IMG/VR virus record: IMGVR_UViG_3300021958_000044 | Location: 16,991-80,990 of that record | Reading direction: 5' to 3' (one strand) | Origin: a virus | Taxonomy: Duplodnaviria > Caudoviricetes | Length of the DNA: 64,000 nucleotides | In this document: piece by piece, positions 21,999 through 32,098 of the stretch | Numbering within the stretch: the stretch's first letter is position 1 | Layout: every line of letters starts with the position of its first letter | Notes under the pieces: model-generated | Databases searched by the model: none | What the model was told of the DNA's origin: nothing | What the model saw: the letters and a program-made list of their open reading frames with translations, nothing else | Program-made: the position numbers and the translations under genes

Positions 21999-22004
21999 TA
22001 AATA
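21999..22004 (+). promoter_or_regulatory. Late promoter of gp4
   Basis: TAAATA-GTTCT-ATG. Confidence 0.75.
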
Positions 22005-22009
22005 GTTCT

Positions 22010-22438
22010 ATGGCTTATAGCGGCAAATTTGTTCCTAAGAACCCAGATAAATATACTGGCAATCCCACTAACATTATTTATAGAAGTTTGTGGGAGTTCA
22101 AGCTAATGAAGTATTTAGATGTCCACTCAGAGATAGTTAAATGGGCATCTGAAGAGTTTTGCATACCATATAGAAGTCCAATAGATAGACGCATGCACAG
22201 ATACTTTCCTGATTTTTGGGTTGAAAAGTCAAACGGGGAGCAGCTTGTTATAGAAGTAAAACCAAAGCAGCAACTTAAGCCGCCAAAAAAGCCTCAAAGG
22301 CAAACAAGGAAATATTTAAAAGAAATGCATACGTTCGCAATCAATCAAAGAAAGTTTGAAGCTGCTACAGAGTTTTGTAATAATAGAGGCATGAAGTTTA
22401 TTATTATGACTCAAGATGAGTTAGGAGTAATTGGATAA
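22010..22438 (+). CDS. gp4: Head completion nuclease gp4 (start revised from 21944 to 22010)
   Basis: MAYSGKFVPKNPDKY.G....I.YRS.WE, YFPDF and EVKP motifs; TAAATA lies 5 nt upstream of the 22010 ATG. Confidence 0.93.
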   Translation: MAYSGKFVPKNPDKYTGNPTNIIYRSLWEFKLMKYLDVHSEIVKWASEEFCIPYRSPIDRRMHRYFPDFWVEKSNGEQLVIEVKPKQQLKPPKKPQRQTRKYLKEMHTFAINQRKFEAATEFCNNRGMKFIIMTQDELGVIG

Positions 22439-23103
22439 TGCCAGCCTATACATTTGAAAAAGTTTTAAAGCTGACGTCAGAGCAATTCGATTTCGAATTC
22501 AAGAGCATGAAGCAGTTGTATCAACGTGATAACGGAGATCCAATTGAATACTTGAGAGAGGTAGCTCAAGAAGATGCAAGAAGAAATCCTTCAACTGTTC
22601 TACAAGGGGTTGGAAGAACTAAAAGACTTTTGCCAGGACGATTTTATATGTTTAAATACAGTCCTGTTAATAAGTCAAATAGAGAAATTCTACCTTACTA
22701 TGATATGTTCCCTGTTGTTCTAGTTGTCAATGTTTATCCAACATACTTTCAAGGAATAAACTTTCATTACTTGCCTCCTATCTATAGAGCTGAGTTAATG
22801 GATGAGCTTTATAGATTTATCATAGCACCTGAAGTTCAAGCTAAGGATATAGGAAGATCAATTAGAGCTAGATTGAATACCAATAGAGTTAATTATGAGT
22901 TTATGTCAAAAAAATTTAACCTTAGATCGTTTAAGCCTATGTGGAAAAGATATAGAAAGAATAATGTTGTCGGAAACTTTCTGTATATCCCACCAGTTGG
23001 TTGGGACGCAATTATGATGATGCCTCTAGCTAGGTTCAGAGGATCTAGTATAAATAAAGTATGGAGAGACTCCATACAGAAACGAAGAGAAAGAAATGGC
23101 TAA
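22438..23103 (+). CDS. gp2: DNA end protector gp2
   Basis: PGRFYMFKY.P....LPYYD.FP.V and G.NFHYLPP motifs; follows gp4. Confidence 0.88.
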   Translation: MPAYTFEKVLKLTSEQFDFEFKSMKQLYQRDNGDPIEYLREVAQEDARRNPSTVLQGVGRTKRLLPGRFYMFKYSPVNKSNREILPYYDMFPVVLVVNVYPTYFQGINFHYLPPIYRAELMDELYRFIIAPEVQAKDIGRSIRARLNTNRVNYEFMSKKFNLRSFKPMWKRYRKNNVVGNFLYIPPVGWDAIMMMPLARFRGSSINKVWRDSIQKRRERNG

Positions 23104-23935
23104 AATTTTAGACGTAGCAAAAGACGCATTTAACCTTTTTAAAGGAATAGGGTTAGAGAAGACCGCCACAGGCGCTGACTCTCAATTTAATCTTAACAAC
23201 TTTATTGGAAAGATGCAAGAAAGAAACAGCTTAGCACGTGCCAATAGGTATGTTGTTAGGATTGCAACTCCACCTTGGGGTGGGGCAGCTGCTGCTCAAG
23301 ATTTAGTATTCTTTTGTGATAACGTAAACTTGCCTGGTGCTTCTGTTGTACCTGTAGATATTAAAAGAAACTCAATTGGTCCTTTTGATAGAAGACCATC
23401 AAATGTTATACCTGATGAGGTTACAGCATCGTTCATGCTTGATAGTGCAGGACAGAATTTAAAGTTCTTTCATGATTGGTTAGCTAACATCATGGGAATA
23501 GATGATTCAGCTGGCGGTGCTACTTCGCCTGATGCAAATGGAGCAAAGTTTGGCGAGTTGCATTATAGAGATAGATACGTAACTACAATGGAAATAGAAA
23601 CGTATGACATGGCTGCAAATAAAATTCATACAGTAAAATGTTTTGAAGTATGGCCATCTCAAATCTCGCCTGTCACTTTAGGATGGGCGCAAAACGATGA
23701 ATATGCAAGAGTGCAAGTCAACTTTCAACTTAGATTCTTTACATCAGAGACGACTGACAGTCCTACTGCAGCACCTGGTGAAAGAGAACTTACTGCTATG
23801 GAACAATTATTAAGAATTGGCCAAGCTGCTAAAGCACTTAAGTCTAGTTGGAAAAAGCCAACAAATGTTGGTGACGTAATTAATGTTGTTAGCAATGGTC
23901 AAACATTCTTGAAGACTCTTGGTGGCAAAACTTAA
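23096..23935 (+). CDS. gp54: Baseplate tail-tube initiator gp54-like
   Basis: LARANRYVV.I, FFCDNVNLPG and V.CFEVWP..I..V.L.W motifs of the gp19/gp54 fold; position between gp2 and gp26. Confidence 0.75.
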   Translation: MAKILDVAKDAFNLFKGIGLEKTATGADSQFNLNNFIGKMQERNSLARANRYVVRIATPPWGGAAAAQDLVFFCDNVNLPGASVVPVDIKRNSIGPFDRRPSNVIPDEVTASFMLDSAGQNLKFFHDWLANIMGIDDSAGGATSPDANGAKFGELHYRDRYVTTMEIETYDMAANKIHTVKCFEVWPSQISPVTLGWAQNDEYARVQVNFQLRFFTSETTDSPTAAPGERELTAMEQLLRIGQAAKALKSSWKKPTNVGDVINVVSNGQTFLKTLGGKT

Positions 23936-23938
23936 ATA
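23933..23938 (+). promoter_or_regulatory. Late promoter of gp26
   Basis: TAAATA followed by a leader containing GGAG. Confidence 0.65.
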
Positions 23939-23953
23939 TAATGGAGAAAAATA

Positions 23954-24658
23954 ATGGCATTACCAAAATTACAGCAACCGCTGTTTGATTTGACATTACC
24001 TATAAGCGGAAAAAAAGTAAAGTTTAGACCTTTCCTTGTAAAAGAAGAAAAGATTCTGCTTATTGGTAAAGACGGAGGACCTAAACAACAGATGACTGCT
24101 ATCAAGCAATTGTTATCTGAGGTCATCGTAGAACCTAAGAAATTTAACCCCGCATCTTTGATCTTAGCAGATATGGAATATCTGTTTATGAAGCTGCGCG
24201 CAAGATCTGTACAGAATATTGTTACACTTAAGTACAGAGATAAAGAAGATAACGAAGTGTACGATTTTGAAGTTAATCTTGATGAGATTGAACCAACAAT
24301 AAATGAAGATCATGTTAATGTAATTGATCTGGATGGTAACATTGGCATTGAGTTGAAAGAACCAACATTAGGATTAATTGAAAAGCTAGACATAAAAGAA
24401 GGCGATGAAGCAAGTAGAGAGAGCGTCTATAAACTTCTGGCTGGATGTATTGTTAAGGTATATGACAGTAATGAAGTGTACGACGACTTTACTGAAAAAG
24501 AAGCGGTAGAGTTTATTCAAAACCTTGACATGAATATGTTTGAAAAATTAAAACAGTTTTATGATACGCTACCTAAGTTGACTCATACATTTGAGTATAC
24601 TAACAAAATGGGGAATAGTAGAAAGATTAAGCTACAAGGATTAGCCGATTTTTTTTAA
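23954..24658 (+). CDS. gp26: Baseplate hub assembly protein gp26
   Basis: MALPKL..P...LTLP..GKKVKFRPFLVKEEKILL and EYLF.KLRARSV motifs. Confidence 0.93.
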   Translation: MALPKLQQPLFDLTLPISGKKVKFRPFLVKEEKILLIGKDGGPKQQMTAIKQLLSEVIVEPKKFNPASLILADMEYLFMKLRARSVQNIVTLKYRDKEDNEVYDFEVNLDEIEPTINEDHVNVIDLDGNIGIELKEPTLGLIEKLDIKEGDEASRESVYKLLAGCIVKVYDSNEVYDDFTEKEAVEFIQNLDMNMFEKLKQFYDTLPKLTHTFEYTNKMGNSRKIKLQGLADFF

Positions 24659-24882
24659 TGTTGCTGAGCCATAATACGCTCGCAAATTATTATTCAACAA
24701 TTTTTGCATTGGTTCAGCATCATAAATACAGTATATACGACGTGGAACATTTGATTCCTTATGAGCGTGATATTTACGTTGCTATGTTAGTCGACCACTT
24801 GAAACAAGAGAAAGAGAAGTGGGAGGCGCGAAAGTCTCAGCAAAGTGCATCGGTGAAGCGTTATACACCTAAACGGAGATAA
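24658..24882 (+). CDS. gp51: Baseplate hub assembly catalyst gp51
   Basis: NYY...FAL.QHHKYS...E.LIPYERDIYV.ML motif. Confidence 0.92.
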   Translation: MLLSHNTLANYYSTIFALVQHHKYSIYDVEHLIPYERDIYVAMLVDHLKQEKEKWEARKSQQSASVKRYTPKRR

Positions 24883-24884
24883 AC

Positions 24885-25259
24885 ATGGCAGAAAATGTTG
24901 ATAGTAGAAACGAAGTCGAGATAGATCTCGATAAGTACATGGCTTTGATAGATAAGCTAGATACAGCTGAAGATACTATTTCAGAAATGAAAAAAGAAGC
25001 GCAAGATGCTAAGAAGAGACTTGCGCCACCTAAGCGTAAGTTCATGGATATCTTTCTCGACGACAATGATGTAAACGAGAAAGCTATTATTGGATTTATA
25101 TCATTCTTCTTAATGACCATATTTGGGATATGTGATTTGATCACAGCATTTATGGGGCAAGACCTAGTTATATCTGATACCATCTACACATCGTTTGTAG
25201 TTGTTACGCTTGGTGCGTTTGGTATATCAGAAGCAGGCAGAGCATTCGGCGGAAAATAA
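24885..25259 (+). CDS. Small membrane protein (N-terminal coiled coil plus two C-terminal TM helices)
   Basis: SD GGAG; hydrophobic AIIGFISFFLMTIFGI and IYTSFVVVTLGAFGI segments. Confidence 0.75.
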   Translation: MAENVDSRNEVEIDLDKYMALIDKLDTAEDTISEMKKEAQDAKKRLAPPKRKFMDIFLDDNDVNEKAIIGFISFFLMTIFGICDLITAFMGQDLVISDTIYTSFVVVTLGAFGISEAGRAFGGK

Positions 25260-25262
25260 TAA

Positions 25263-27374
25263 ATGGCACTTCCAACCCCTCAAGTAGACGTAACATTAGA
25301 TCCAGCACCTATAGCTGATGCAATAGCAGCATCTATACAAACGGCAATGCAGCCGCTTATTGGTAGCATGCAAAGCATGACCGATAAGTTTGAACAGGTA
25401 GCTGAAGAATTAGTTACTCCAGATGAAGGGGATGGAGAAAAGTTAGGAGTTGCAGGTGTCCTAAACCAACAGCTTGAAGTAATGCAAATGCAATATGAAA
25501 AGCTCGATGGCATTTTTAATTTTACAAAAGGCGCTGATACAAAATTACATAGCATCATGTACGATGCTTTGACTAATAGAAAGAACCAAGAGACACTAGA
25601 GGAAATAAGAGATGCGGTTAGAGACGAGATGGATGCACTCGGAGCTAAACTTGAGCAGAATGATGGAAGCAGAGAAGAGGATGCAGAAGAGCAAAGTGAC
25701 GCCGACGAAGAAGCTAGAGAGCTCGACAGAGAAACAGCAGACAACACAAGAGAAATTGCAGACGGAGCCGGAGAAGCATCAGAAGGTATGCCCGACATGC
25801 CTACACCTGCAGGTGCGGGAGATAAGTCAGAGAAGGGAGCCAAGCAAAAGGCGCCTAAAGGAGATGGAATTCTTGGTGACATCTTCAAAGATATTAAGGG
25901 ATTTTTAAAAGTCATTGGAAAGATTGGCCTAATGATAGGTCTACTAGCAGCTGCTGTATTTGGAGCTGGCGATGGAGTATTTGTAAAAATAAAAGAACTG
26001 TTCAATAGAATGGTTGAAGTGCTTGCTCCTGTATTAGAAACTTTAATGACTAAGGTTGTACCTCCTTTACTAGACGTGTTAATGGTTGTTATGGATGCGT
26101 TCATGCAGATCGTTGAAGCGTTAATGCCTGTAGTTATTCAAATTATAGAGACTTTATTGCCTCCATTAATTGATCTATTCATGACAATTGTCGATGTGTT
26201 TATGAAGTTGGTAGAAGTGCTGTTACCTCCTATCATGGAGATAGTTGATGCAGCATTGCCTGTCGTAACTCAGTTAGTAGAATTATTAGCTTCTGTATTA
26301 ATGACATTAGTAGACGCATTGATGCCTGTATTAGAACCTTTGTATGGATTTATTGCTGATGCAGTAGTAGTTGTATTTGAATTGATAGGAGCTGTTATAG
26401 GCGGCGTACTTAAATTCTTCTCGGATCCATTAGGATACATTCAAGATGGTCTATCATATCTTGCTGATGGCGGCGATATGATACTTAGTGGACTTGGAGG
26501 ATTTATTAACGGTCTTATTGAGTTTATTGCTGGATTGGTAGAGAAGATTCCGTTTGTAGGAGATGACGCAGCCGCAGGACTTAGAAGTCTTAAAGTTTCA
26601 TTTGGTGATGCTGCAGAAGAAAGAATGGCACAGCGAGCTACAGAAAGAGCAGAGCGAGCAGCAGATAGAGTTATTGATGAAATAGATATGAGTGCACCGC
26701 CAGATGAATTCAAAGCAGCAATAGAACAAAAGGTTGCTGATGGTGATATGACCCCTGAAGTTGCTGGTATACTTCAACAACGATACGAAGAGCAAAGCGG
26801 CGATCAAGGTACAGCGCCTACACCAAGTACTCCTACAAGCACAAACGATGCAACTGGAGTTCAGACAGCTGATGTACCAGACATAGGTACAATTGATGCT
26901 GATAAGATGATCAACGTAACAATGCCTGAAGGATTAGGACCTGTTAGTGGCCAACAAATTATGGTTACTAAATCACCAGATAGTGAGGGAAACATCTATG
27001 CATATACCCCTGATGGTAAACCTATAGGAAAAGTAGAAGCGGCATCGGACTTAGGAAAAGTAATATCCAAATTGTCGGCAGAAGAATCCATAAACCAACA
27101 AGTAGCAGCAGAATCTTCAATAGATGCATCAGCATTACCGGTAGATACAGAGCAGCTCCCCACAGGAAGCGCAGTAATAGATACAGCAACAGCAGAGACA
27201 GAAGAAGCTCAATCATTAGCAACGTCCGGTGGTGGTGGTATGAGCACTAATATGGCCATGACAAGTGTAGACCAAAGTCAAAGAGTTGTTAACCAAAACT
27301 CGACCACCGGCATAATATACACCGGTGGCCAAAGTAGCCTAGGCGGAAGATCCGGCCCAGGCATTCCTGGTTAA
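25263..27374 (+). CDS. Tape-measure-like protein (gp29 position)
   Basis: 703 aa following gp26/gp51; central amphipathic helical repeats (LLPPLIDLF..IVDVF..LVEVLLPP) typical of tape measures. Confidence 0.72.
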   Translation: MALPTPQVDVTLDPAPIADAIAASIQTAMQPLIGSMQSMTDKFEQVAEELVTPDEGDGEKLGVAGVLNQQLEVMQMQYEKLDGIFNFTKGADTKLHSIMYDALTNRKNQETLEEIRDAVRDEMDALGAKLEQNDGSREEDAEEQSDADEEARELDRETADNTREIADGAGEASEGMPDMPTPAGAGDKSEKGAKQKAPKGDGILGDIFKDIKGFLKVIGKIGLMIGLLAAAVFGAGDGVFVKIKELFNRMVEVLAPVLETLMTKVVPPLLDVLMVVMDAFMQIVEALMPVVIQIIETLLPPLIDLFMTIVDVFMKLVEVLLPPIMEIVDAALPVVTQLVELLASVLMTLVDALMPVLEPLYGFIADAVVVVFELIGAVIGGVLKFFSDPLGYIQDGLSYLADGGDMILSGLGGFINGLIEFIAGLVEKIPFVGDDAAAGLRSLKVSFGDAAEERMAQRATERAERAADRVIDEIDMSAPPDEFKAAIEQKVADGDMTPEVAGILQQRYEEQSGDQGTAPTPSTPTSTNDATGVQTADVPDIGTIDADKMINVTMPEGLGPVSGQQIMVTKSPDSEGNIYAYTPDGKPIGKVEAASDLGKVISKLSAEESINQQVAAESSIDASALPVDTEQLPTGSAVIDTATAETEEAQSLATSGGGGMSTNMAMTSVDQSQRVVNQNSTTGIIYTGGQSSLGGRSGPGIPG

Positions 27375-28271
27375 TTATTCTTCAGCTAATTTCTTAAAGA
27401 AATCAAGAGAACCGTCATCATCATCATCTTGGATGATAGGTGCAGACTCCATTTGCTTCTCTGGAATAGAAGGAGCCGCTACTTGTTCAAAAGAATTATC
27501 TTCTGCAGTTGTAGAGACATTACTTCCATCTAGACCTAATACTCTATTGAGTTTAGCTTGAAGCTCTTCAAAGGTTTTAAAGTTTGATGGTTCAACAAAG
27601 TCGTTAAGAGCGTATTGTGATTGCCAAACTGCCTCTAGTTCGCCATCTTCATCAAATAAAGGAGCAGGAACATCAAGTTCAGACTTGTCGTAGTTTCTGT
27701 ATCCTTCTACATTACGAATTTTCAATTTGAAGTCAGCGCCTTCCCATAAATCAAATGGGTTCACTGGCTTCTCATCTTCAAACTGAGGATTCATAGCCTC
27801 GTTTAGCTTGTCAAAGATTTTCTTACCATACTTGTAAAGGAACACTTTGCCTTCATTTTCTGGATTAGATGGATCCTTAACAACATAGATATTACTGATG
27901 AAAGAAAGTCTACGCTTTTGCTTTCTAGCTTTATCTTTGTTTGACTCAATACCAGAGTTCCACAACATAGAGTTGTATTCTGATACTGGATCTTTTTGAC
28001 CTAGAGTGGTCAATGAGTTTTCAATATACCAGCCACCAGGTCCTTGGAATCCGTGATCCCAAATTCTTACGAATGGTACGTCCTCACCATTAGACTCTGG
28101 CAAGAATCTAATAACAGCATAGCCATTACCAGCCTTGTCGACTTCTGGCTTCCAGAAACGATCGTCTGGACCAGGGCCGCTAGTCTTTTGGTTGAGTTTA
28201 TTTAGAGAGTGAGTTAGCTTATCAAAGCCCTCAGTACGATTGCGCTTAAGCGCTGCAAATGAATCTGTCAT
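27375..28271 (-). CDS. gp32: Single-stranded DNA-binding protein gp32
   Basis: DDRFWK, GYAVIRFLP, HGFQGPGGWYIENSLTT and GANF-like GADFKLKIR motifs; acidic C-tail. Confidence 0.97.
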   Translation of the reverse strand: MTDSFAALKRNRTEGFDKLTHSLNKLNQKTSGPGPDDRFWKPEVDKAGNGYAVIRFLPESNGEDVPFVRIWDHGFQGPGGWYIENSLTTLGQKDPVSEYNSMLWNSGIESNKDKARKQKRRLSFISNIYVVKDPSNPENEGKVFLYKYGKKIFDKLNEAMNPQFEDEKPVNPFDLWEGADFKLKIRNVEGYRNYDKSELDVPAPLFDEDGELEAVWQSQYALNDFVEPSNFKTFEELQAKLNRVLGLDGSNVSTTAEDNSFEQVAAPSIPEKQMESAPIIQDDDDDGSLDFFKKLAEE

Positions 28272-28310
28272 GTATCCTCCTATATGCGTTATATGACGTT
28301 ATATGCGTTT
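28272..28310 (-). repeat. Short tandem repeats in the gene 32 leader
   Basis: Minus strand AACGCATAT-AACGTCATAT-AACGCATAT immediately before SD GGAGG. Confidence 0.7.
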
Positions 28311-28918
28311 TATTTAAATTTAGAGATAATAATATCTCTATACTTATTTATGTCAACATTGAGAAAGGGACTATATTTTGTTGCTTTCATTTTTATGTCA
28401 GGCCACATAATATCATCCTTTAATTCCTTATCCCAATATTTGAACATTTTAACACATCTATCAATTAAGATCAACGTCTCAAGGCAAATATCTTTGCGCA
28501 TGTACAATCTTAGTAGATATGGATGTGAGTTTTGAGGCACAATGATGTTGTCATTGAAGTCCTCTTTCATCTTGCTAAGGTCGTTCTTAAACACATAGCT
28601 TAATGACTGCTGTCTCTTTCTATATTCAGTGTAAATCTCATTCGCTTTGTCTTCTCTAATGTCACCAATATAAAAGTCATCGCTGTCAATGAAATTAGCA
28701 ATAAGAAACTCAATTGGATCCTTCTGCTTTGTTAGTTTATAGAAAAAGTATTTGTCTCTTCTAGTGTCGAATGTAGTACGCCATGCTTTCACCTTACCGT
28801 TATACTTGAAATAGTCATAGTTCTTGTCTTGAAAGTGACTCTTCAATGCTAGGTATTTGATATATGCGTCGTACGGTTCCACGGTTGTTATCCTGCCTCT
28901 TAATGACACGGCTTCCAT
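28310..28918 (-). CDS. gp59: Helicase loader gp59
   Basis: Y..YLALKSHF...YDYFKYNGK and DKYFFYKL motifs; between gp33 and gp32. Confidence 0.92.
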   Translation of the reverse strand: MEAVSLRGRITTVEPYDAYIKYLALKSHFQDKNYDYFKYNGKVKAWRTTFDTRRDKYFFYKLTKQKDPIEFLIANFIDSDDFYIGDIREDKANEIYTEYRKRQQSLSYVFKNDLSKMKEDFNDNIIVPQNSHPYLLRLYMRKDICLETLILIDRCVKMFKYWDKELKDDIMWPDIKMKATKYSPFLNVDINKYRDIIISKFK

Positions 28919-28931
28919 AATATAATCCTTT

Positions 28932-29183
28932 TTAAAAAGGTAGCTTACTTACTTTTTCAACTAAGTTCAACTCTTCTGCGTTCTCATATAGTAGTGCTTT
29001 TAATTTTTGATTCCTCTGTATAAGCGATGCAATAGTTTCAGGTTCTATCTCTTCATTTGAAAGAAGAAAATCTTGCACTGCCTCCAAGTGGTTGAGATGT
29101 CCTTTAGACTCTTTAACCATATCGTTTATTACTTGAGCAAAAGCAGCGCTACTCAAAACTTCTAATTCAATTTTTTTAGACAT
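28932..29183 (-). CDS. gp33: Late transcription coactivator gp33
   Basis: 83 aa, F...I..MV......EAV....E.E.E.IA.LI...LK..L...AEELNL....KLPF pattern; gene order gp33-gp59-gp32. Confidence 0.85.
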   Translation of the reverse strand: MSKKIELEVLSSAAFAQVINDMVKESKGHLNHLEAVQDFLLSNEEIEPETIASLIQRNQKLKALLYENAEELNLVEKVSKLPF

Positions 29184-29970
29184 ATTCCCAATCTACGTTC
29201 CAGAGCCTTTTTCTATATTTGTGATAAGGATCTCGATTACGTACTCTTATATAATTAACAATTGGTGATGCTTGTTTTTGCTTTTTAGTTTCCTGTCTGA
29301 CATAGAAAGGATCCCTTCTAGGAATCTTCACGACCATTCTTTTGTCGTCGTCATCGCTTAACAAATCATAATCCCATTCCTTCCAACCAGGGCGGCCAAT
29401 TCCTAAAAAGAATTCTGCATCACCGTGCCTCACACCCTGGAATTCAATATCATAACCACCAGTTGACCAAAAGGCCTCGCGTGTCATGATCCATGTGTTA
29501 GGATGGGTCTTATACTTAATAATACCTTTCTTACAAAGGAGCTCATAACCAGACATTATCTCTGGTGCTTCCATGTCTACTTTAGGTACATAATACATTT
29601 TAGGGTTTAGCTTCTTTTCAAATCGAAGAAACTCATACATGCCCGCGGACTCAAAACAGTCGACATCAATTAACATCAACCAGTCTGTCTTTACATGCTT
29701 AACACCAATGTTTCTACATACGTGAGAGTTGAACCCCACATCTCTCATAACATCGATACCCATTACGTTAAATCTGCTCTTGTGAAGCTCGATTGTCTTT
29801 CTAAAGAACTCACGGCCTTCAGCATGCCCGTCGTTTACAAATATAACTCGAGGTTCATAGCCATGCTTTTCTTTCATCCAACTATAGAACTGACATTGGT
29901 TATACAAATGATCTTCTTGACCATACCATGTCATCACGCAAGTGATGTCGTTCCATCTAACCTTCTTCAT
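29176..29970 (-). CDS. Glycosyltransferase, GT-A fold (GT2-like)
   Basis: VIFVNDG, RNIGV, DVD (DxD), GGYD..F.G...GD.EF motifs. Confidence 0.8.
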   Translation of the reverse strand: MKKVRWNDITCVMTWYGQEDHLYNQCQFYSWMKEKHGYEPRVIFVNDGHAEGREFFRKTIELHKSRFNVMGIDVMRDVGFNSHVCRNIGVKHVKTDWLMLIDVDCFESAGMYEFLRFEKKLNPKMYYVPKVDMEAPEIMSGYELLCKKGIIKYKTHPNTWIMTREAFWSTGGYDIEFQGVRHGDAEFFLGIGRPGWKEWDYDLLSDDDDKRMVVKIPRRDPFYVRQETKKQKQASPIVNYIRVRNRDPYHKYRKRLWNVDWEYV

Positions 29971-30668
29971 TAATTACCTGCTGCCTTAGCGTTTAACATC
30001 ATTGCTTCTTCGTCTAGCCACAATTGACTGTATGTTGTGTTTTTGTAATTATCAAACCAAGGCCCGCCGTCTGTGTAATGAATAGCTTTAGGATTTTCTA
30101 ATAGATAATAATCATCTAAACAATTCCACTCTAATGGCAATGCACCAATATCTTCGTCATCTAACCATCTTAATTGATGGAAGTCTAGTCCAGGCCTATG
30201 GTTGTTTAAGAACTCAGGAACGAGTCTCTGGTTCTTAGGATGTTCATTATTAAACAATATGAAGCTAGCCCAGTTTTTTCTGTATGCTCTATGTTGAGCT
30301 ATTCCGTCCATTTTAATTTGACTGTTAGGAATGTATCCAGGATGTTGTACAACATAAACTGCTTTGTCTGCATCAATGCTATCAAGTATCTTAAGAGGGT
30401 CTTCTAAGAACAAAAAGTCACAATCTACAAAAAAGCTCCATCCTTTGAAGTCGCTCAAAAAAGGAACCCAAAATCTTGTAAATGTAAAATCGGTAGATTG
30501 AGGCTCTCCCCAATCCCTGCTGTAGGTTTCTATGTCTTCGCTAAAAAGTTTATTGGTCTTTATCTCAGATCTTTGATCTATTGAGTATTTACAGACGTCA
30601 AAGGCTCTAGCTTCTCTCTTGTCGTAGCCTATGAATATTTGGTGTTGATAGCCAGTACTTGTACTCAT
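29970..30668 (-). CDS. Glycosyltransferase, GT-A fold (GT8-like)
   Basis: IFIGYD.RE, STDFTFTRF.VP, FVDCDFLF, RKNWAS.ILFN, LP.EWN and IHYTDGGPW motifs. Confidence 0.85.
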   Translation of the reverse strand: MSTSTGYQHQIFIGYDKREARAFDVCKYSIDQRSEIKTNKLFSEDIETYSRDWGEPQSTDFTFTRFWVPFLSDFKGWSFFVDCDFLFLEDPLKILDSIDADKAVYVVQHPGYIPNSQIKMDGIAQHRAYRKNWASFILFNNEHPKNQRLVPEFLNNHRPGLDFHQLRWLDDEDIGALPLEWNCLDDYYLLENPKAIHYTDGGPWFDNYKNTTYSQLWLDEEAMMLNAKAAGN

Positions 30669-31518
30669 GAATTATCTCATCCCTCTTTTCTACCGATTTA
30701 TGAATATACTCCTCTATTAGTTCTGGATGGAAGTCGCTCCAATATTCCCAAACTATGGCCCAAGGAAAAGCCTTTTGTGTAATTTGCCCTTTGCTAAAAA
30801 TGATCATCGGTAAACCAAGCATTCTGGCAATCCACATATGAGCCCCATGATACCCTATAACGCATCTTGAAGACAACATAGTTTTCATAACTTCATGCAT
30901 AGGTGTTTCATAATGGACGTGTTTAATGTTCCATCCTCTTTTCTTAATTAACTCTCCTACCTTTGGCCAAGCATAACCAGAAGGAGTACGTGCTAGAGGA
31001 TCTTTCCACGCTTTATTTTTATCATACTCGTGCAAAAGCTGTTTATGTTTCATACTTGTTACTAGAGTGATGTCTCTCCACTCAGCATGTCCGTTATTAT
31101 AATCATTGAGACCAGACTCGCCAAAGCGTAGATTGTGCATCTCCATTTCTTTTGCATCGTAGTTGTCGTGATTGTAACCAAGCTCTGAATTGTATACGTG
31201 CTCAATTCTTACGCCATAAAAAGAAGGCTTCTTTAAAAAGTTGAACGTTATATCAATCCATTGTTGAATTGTTTCTGAGTCATCTTCTTTATACTTAGTT
31301 GGCTCAGCTTGCTTCCAATGGAATCTAAGTATTACATCAGTGCTATTTTTTTCAGCACAGTTCATTGCATACGATATAGGACTAATTATGTCCCCGTAAC
31401 CAATCTTGCCTTTCCAATTTATAACTAACGGATGCAAGTTGTCTTGTATTGAGTGCTCGTTATAATCTGGCACTAGTGGATCATCAACTCTAAATGGTGT
31501 ATGGGGATTGTTTGGCAC
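30607..31518 (-). CDS. Putative glycosyltransferase (GT-B, GT9-like C-terminus)
   Basis: GKIGYGDII N-terminal motif and VIGYHGAHMWIARMLGLPMIIF resembling the GT9 C-terminal motif; sits in a GT cassette; 62-nt overlap with the downstream gene. Confidence 0.5.
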   Translation of the reverse strand: MPNNPHTPFRVDDPLVPDYNEHSIQDNLHPLVINWKGKIGYGDIISPISYAMNCAEKNSTDVILRFHWKQAEPTKYKEDDSETIQQWIDITFNFLKKPSFYGVRIEHVYNSELGYNHDNYDAKEMEMHNLRFGESGLNDYNNGHAEWRDITLVTSMKHKQLLHEYDKNKAWKDPLARTPSGYAWPKVGELIKKRGWNIKHVHYETPMHEVMKTMLSSRCVIGYHGAHMWIARMLGLPMIIFSKGQITQKAFPWAIVWEYWSDFHPELIEEYIHKSVEKRDEIIHEYKYWLSTPNIHRLRQERS

Positions 31519-32066
31519 TAAAAGTTTACCTCTTCATCGTATCTAACAACTACAGCAGGGAATGTAGCTTTCTTAACTCCAAGCTCTGATTGTCTTTCTC
31601 TAATTAATTTTTCCCATTCGTCTCTTGTTCTAATATTAATATGCAAGTTGGTACCATCTTTGAAAGTCTTCTTAGCAGTAGTCGTAGATATATTTAAAAA
31701 CAATACACGTCTTGTGTATAATAAAAGCCTATCAAGAAACTCTACGGTGTGATCAGGATGAACATGCTCAAGAACATCGGTACATACTACCATATCAAAT
31801 CTAGTGTCTGGGGGCGGGGTGGAAAATTCTGGTACAGCGGGATCGTATAGAGTTATATCACCAATGACGTTGTTAAAAATACCTCGCCAATCTGGAGTCT
31901 TCCAAAATATAGCTTTGCCACAACCATAGTCTAGCACAGAGCTTACATTAAGCAGTTGTGCTAGTCTAGTTAGTTCCGGAACGTGTTTAAGAAGGGCTGT
32001 TCCTCTTGAAAACCTTGATCCTTTATGGAGCTCTTTGTATTCTTCTATTATTTCATTCTGATTCAT
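31518..32066 (-). CDS. Class I SAM-dependent methyltransferase
   Basis: SVLDYGCGKA, LYDPAVP and FDMVVCTDVLEHV motifs. Confidence 0.9.
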   Translation of the reverse strand: MNQNEIIEEYKELHKGSRFSRGTALLKHVPELTRLAQLLNVSSVLDYGCGKAIFWKTPDWRGIFNNVIGDITLYDPAVPEFSTPPPDTRFDMVVCTDVLEHVHPDHTVEFLDRLLLYTRRVLFLNISTTTAKKTFKDGTNLHINIRTRDEWEKLIRERQSELGVKKATFPAVVVRYDEEVNF

Positions 32067-32098
32067 AATCTAATTTCTTTGACCGTTTTCTATTATAT

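Noticed and set aside
21944-22009. N-terminal extension of gp4 in the ORF track
   Set aside because: It overlaps the divergent gp48 start; the conserved MAYSGK start and late promoter support 22010.
25280-27222. Long minus-strand ORFs opposite the tape measure
   Set aside because: Ser/Ile-rich shadows typical of the antisense frame of a biased gene.
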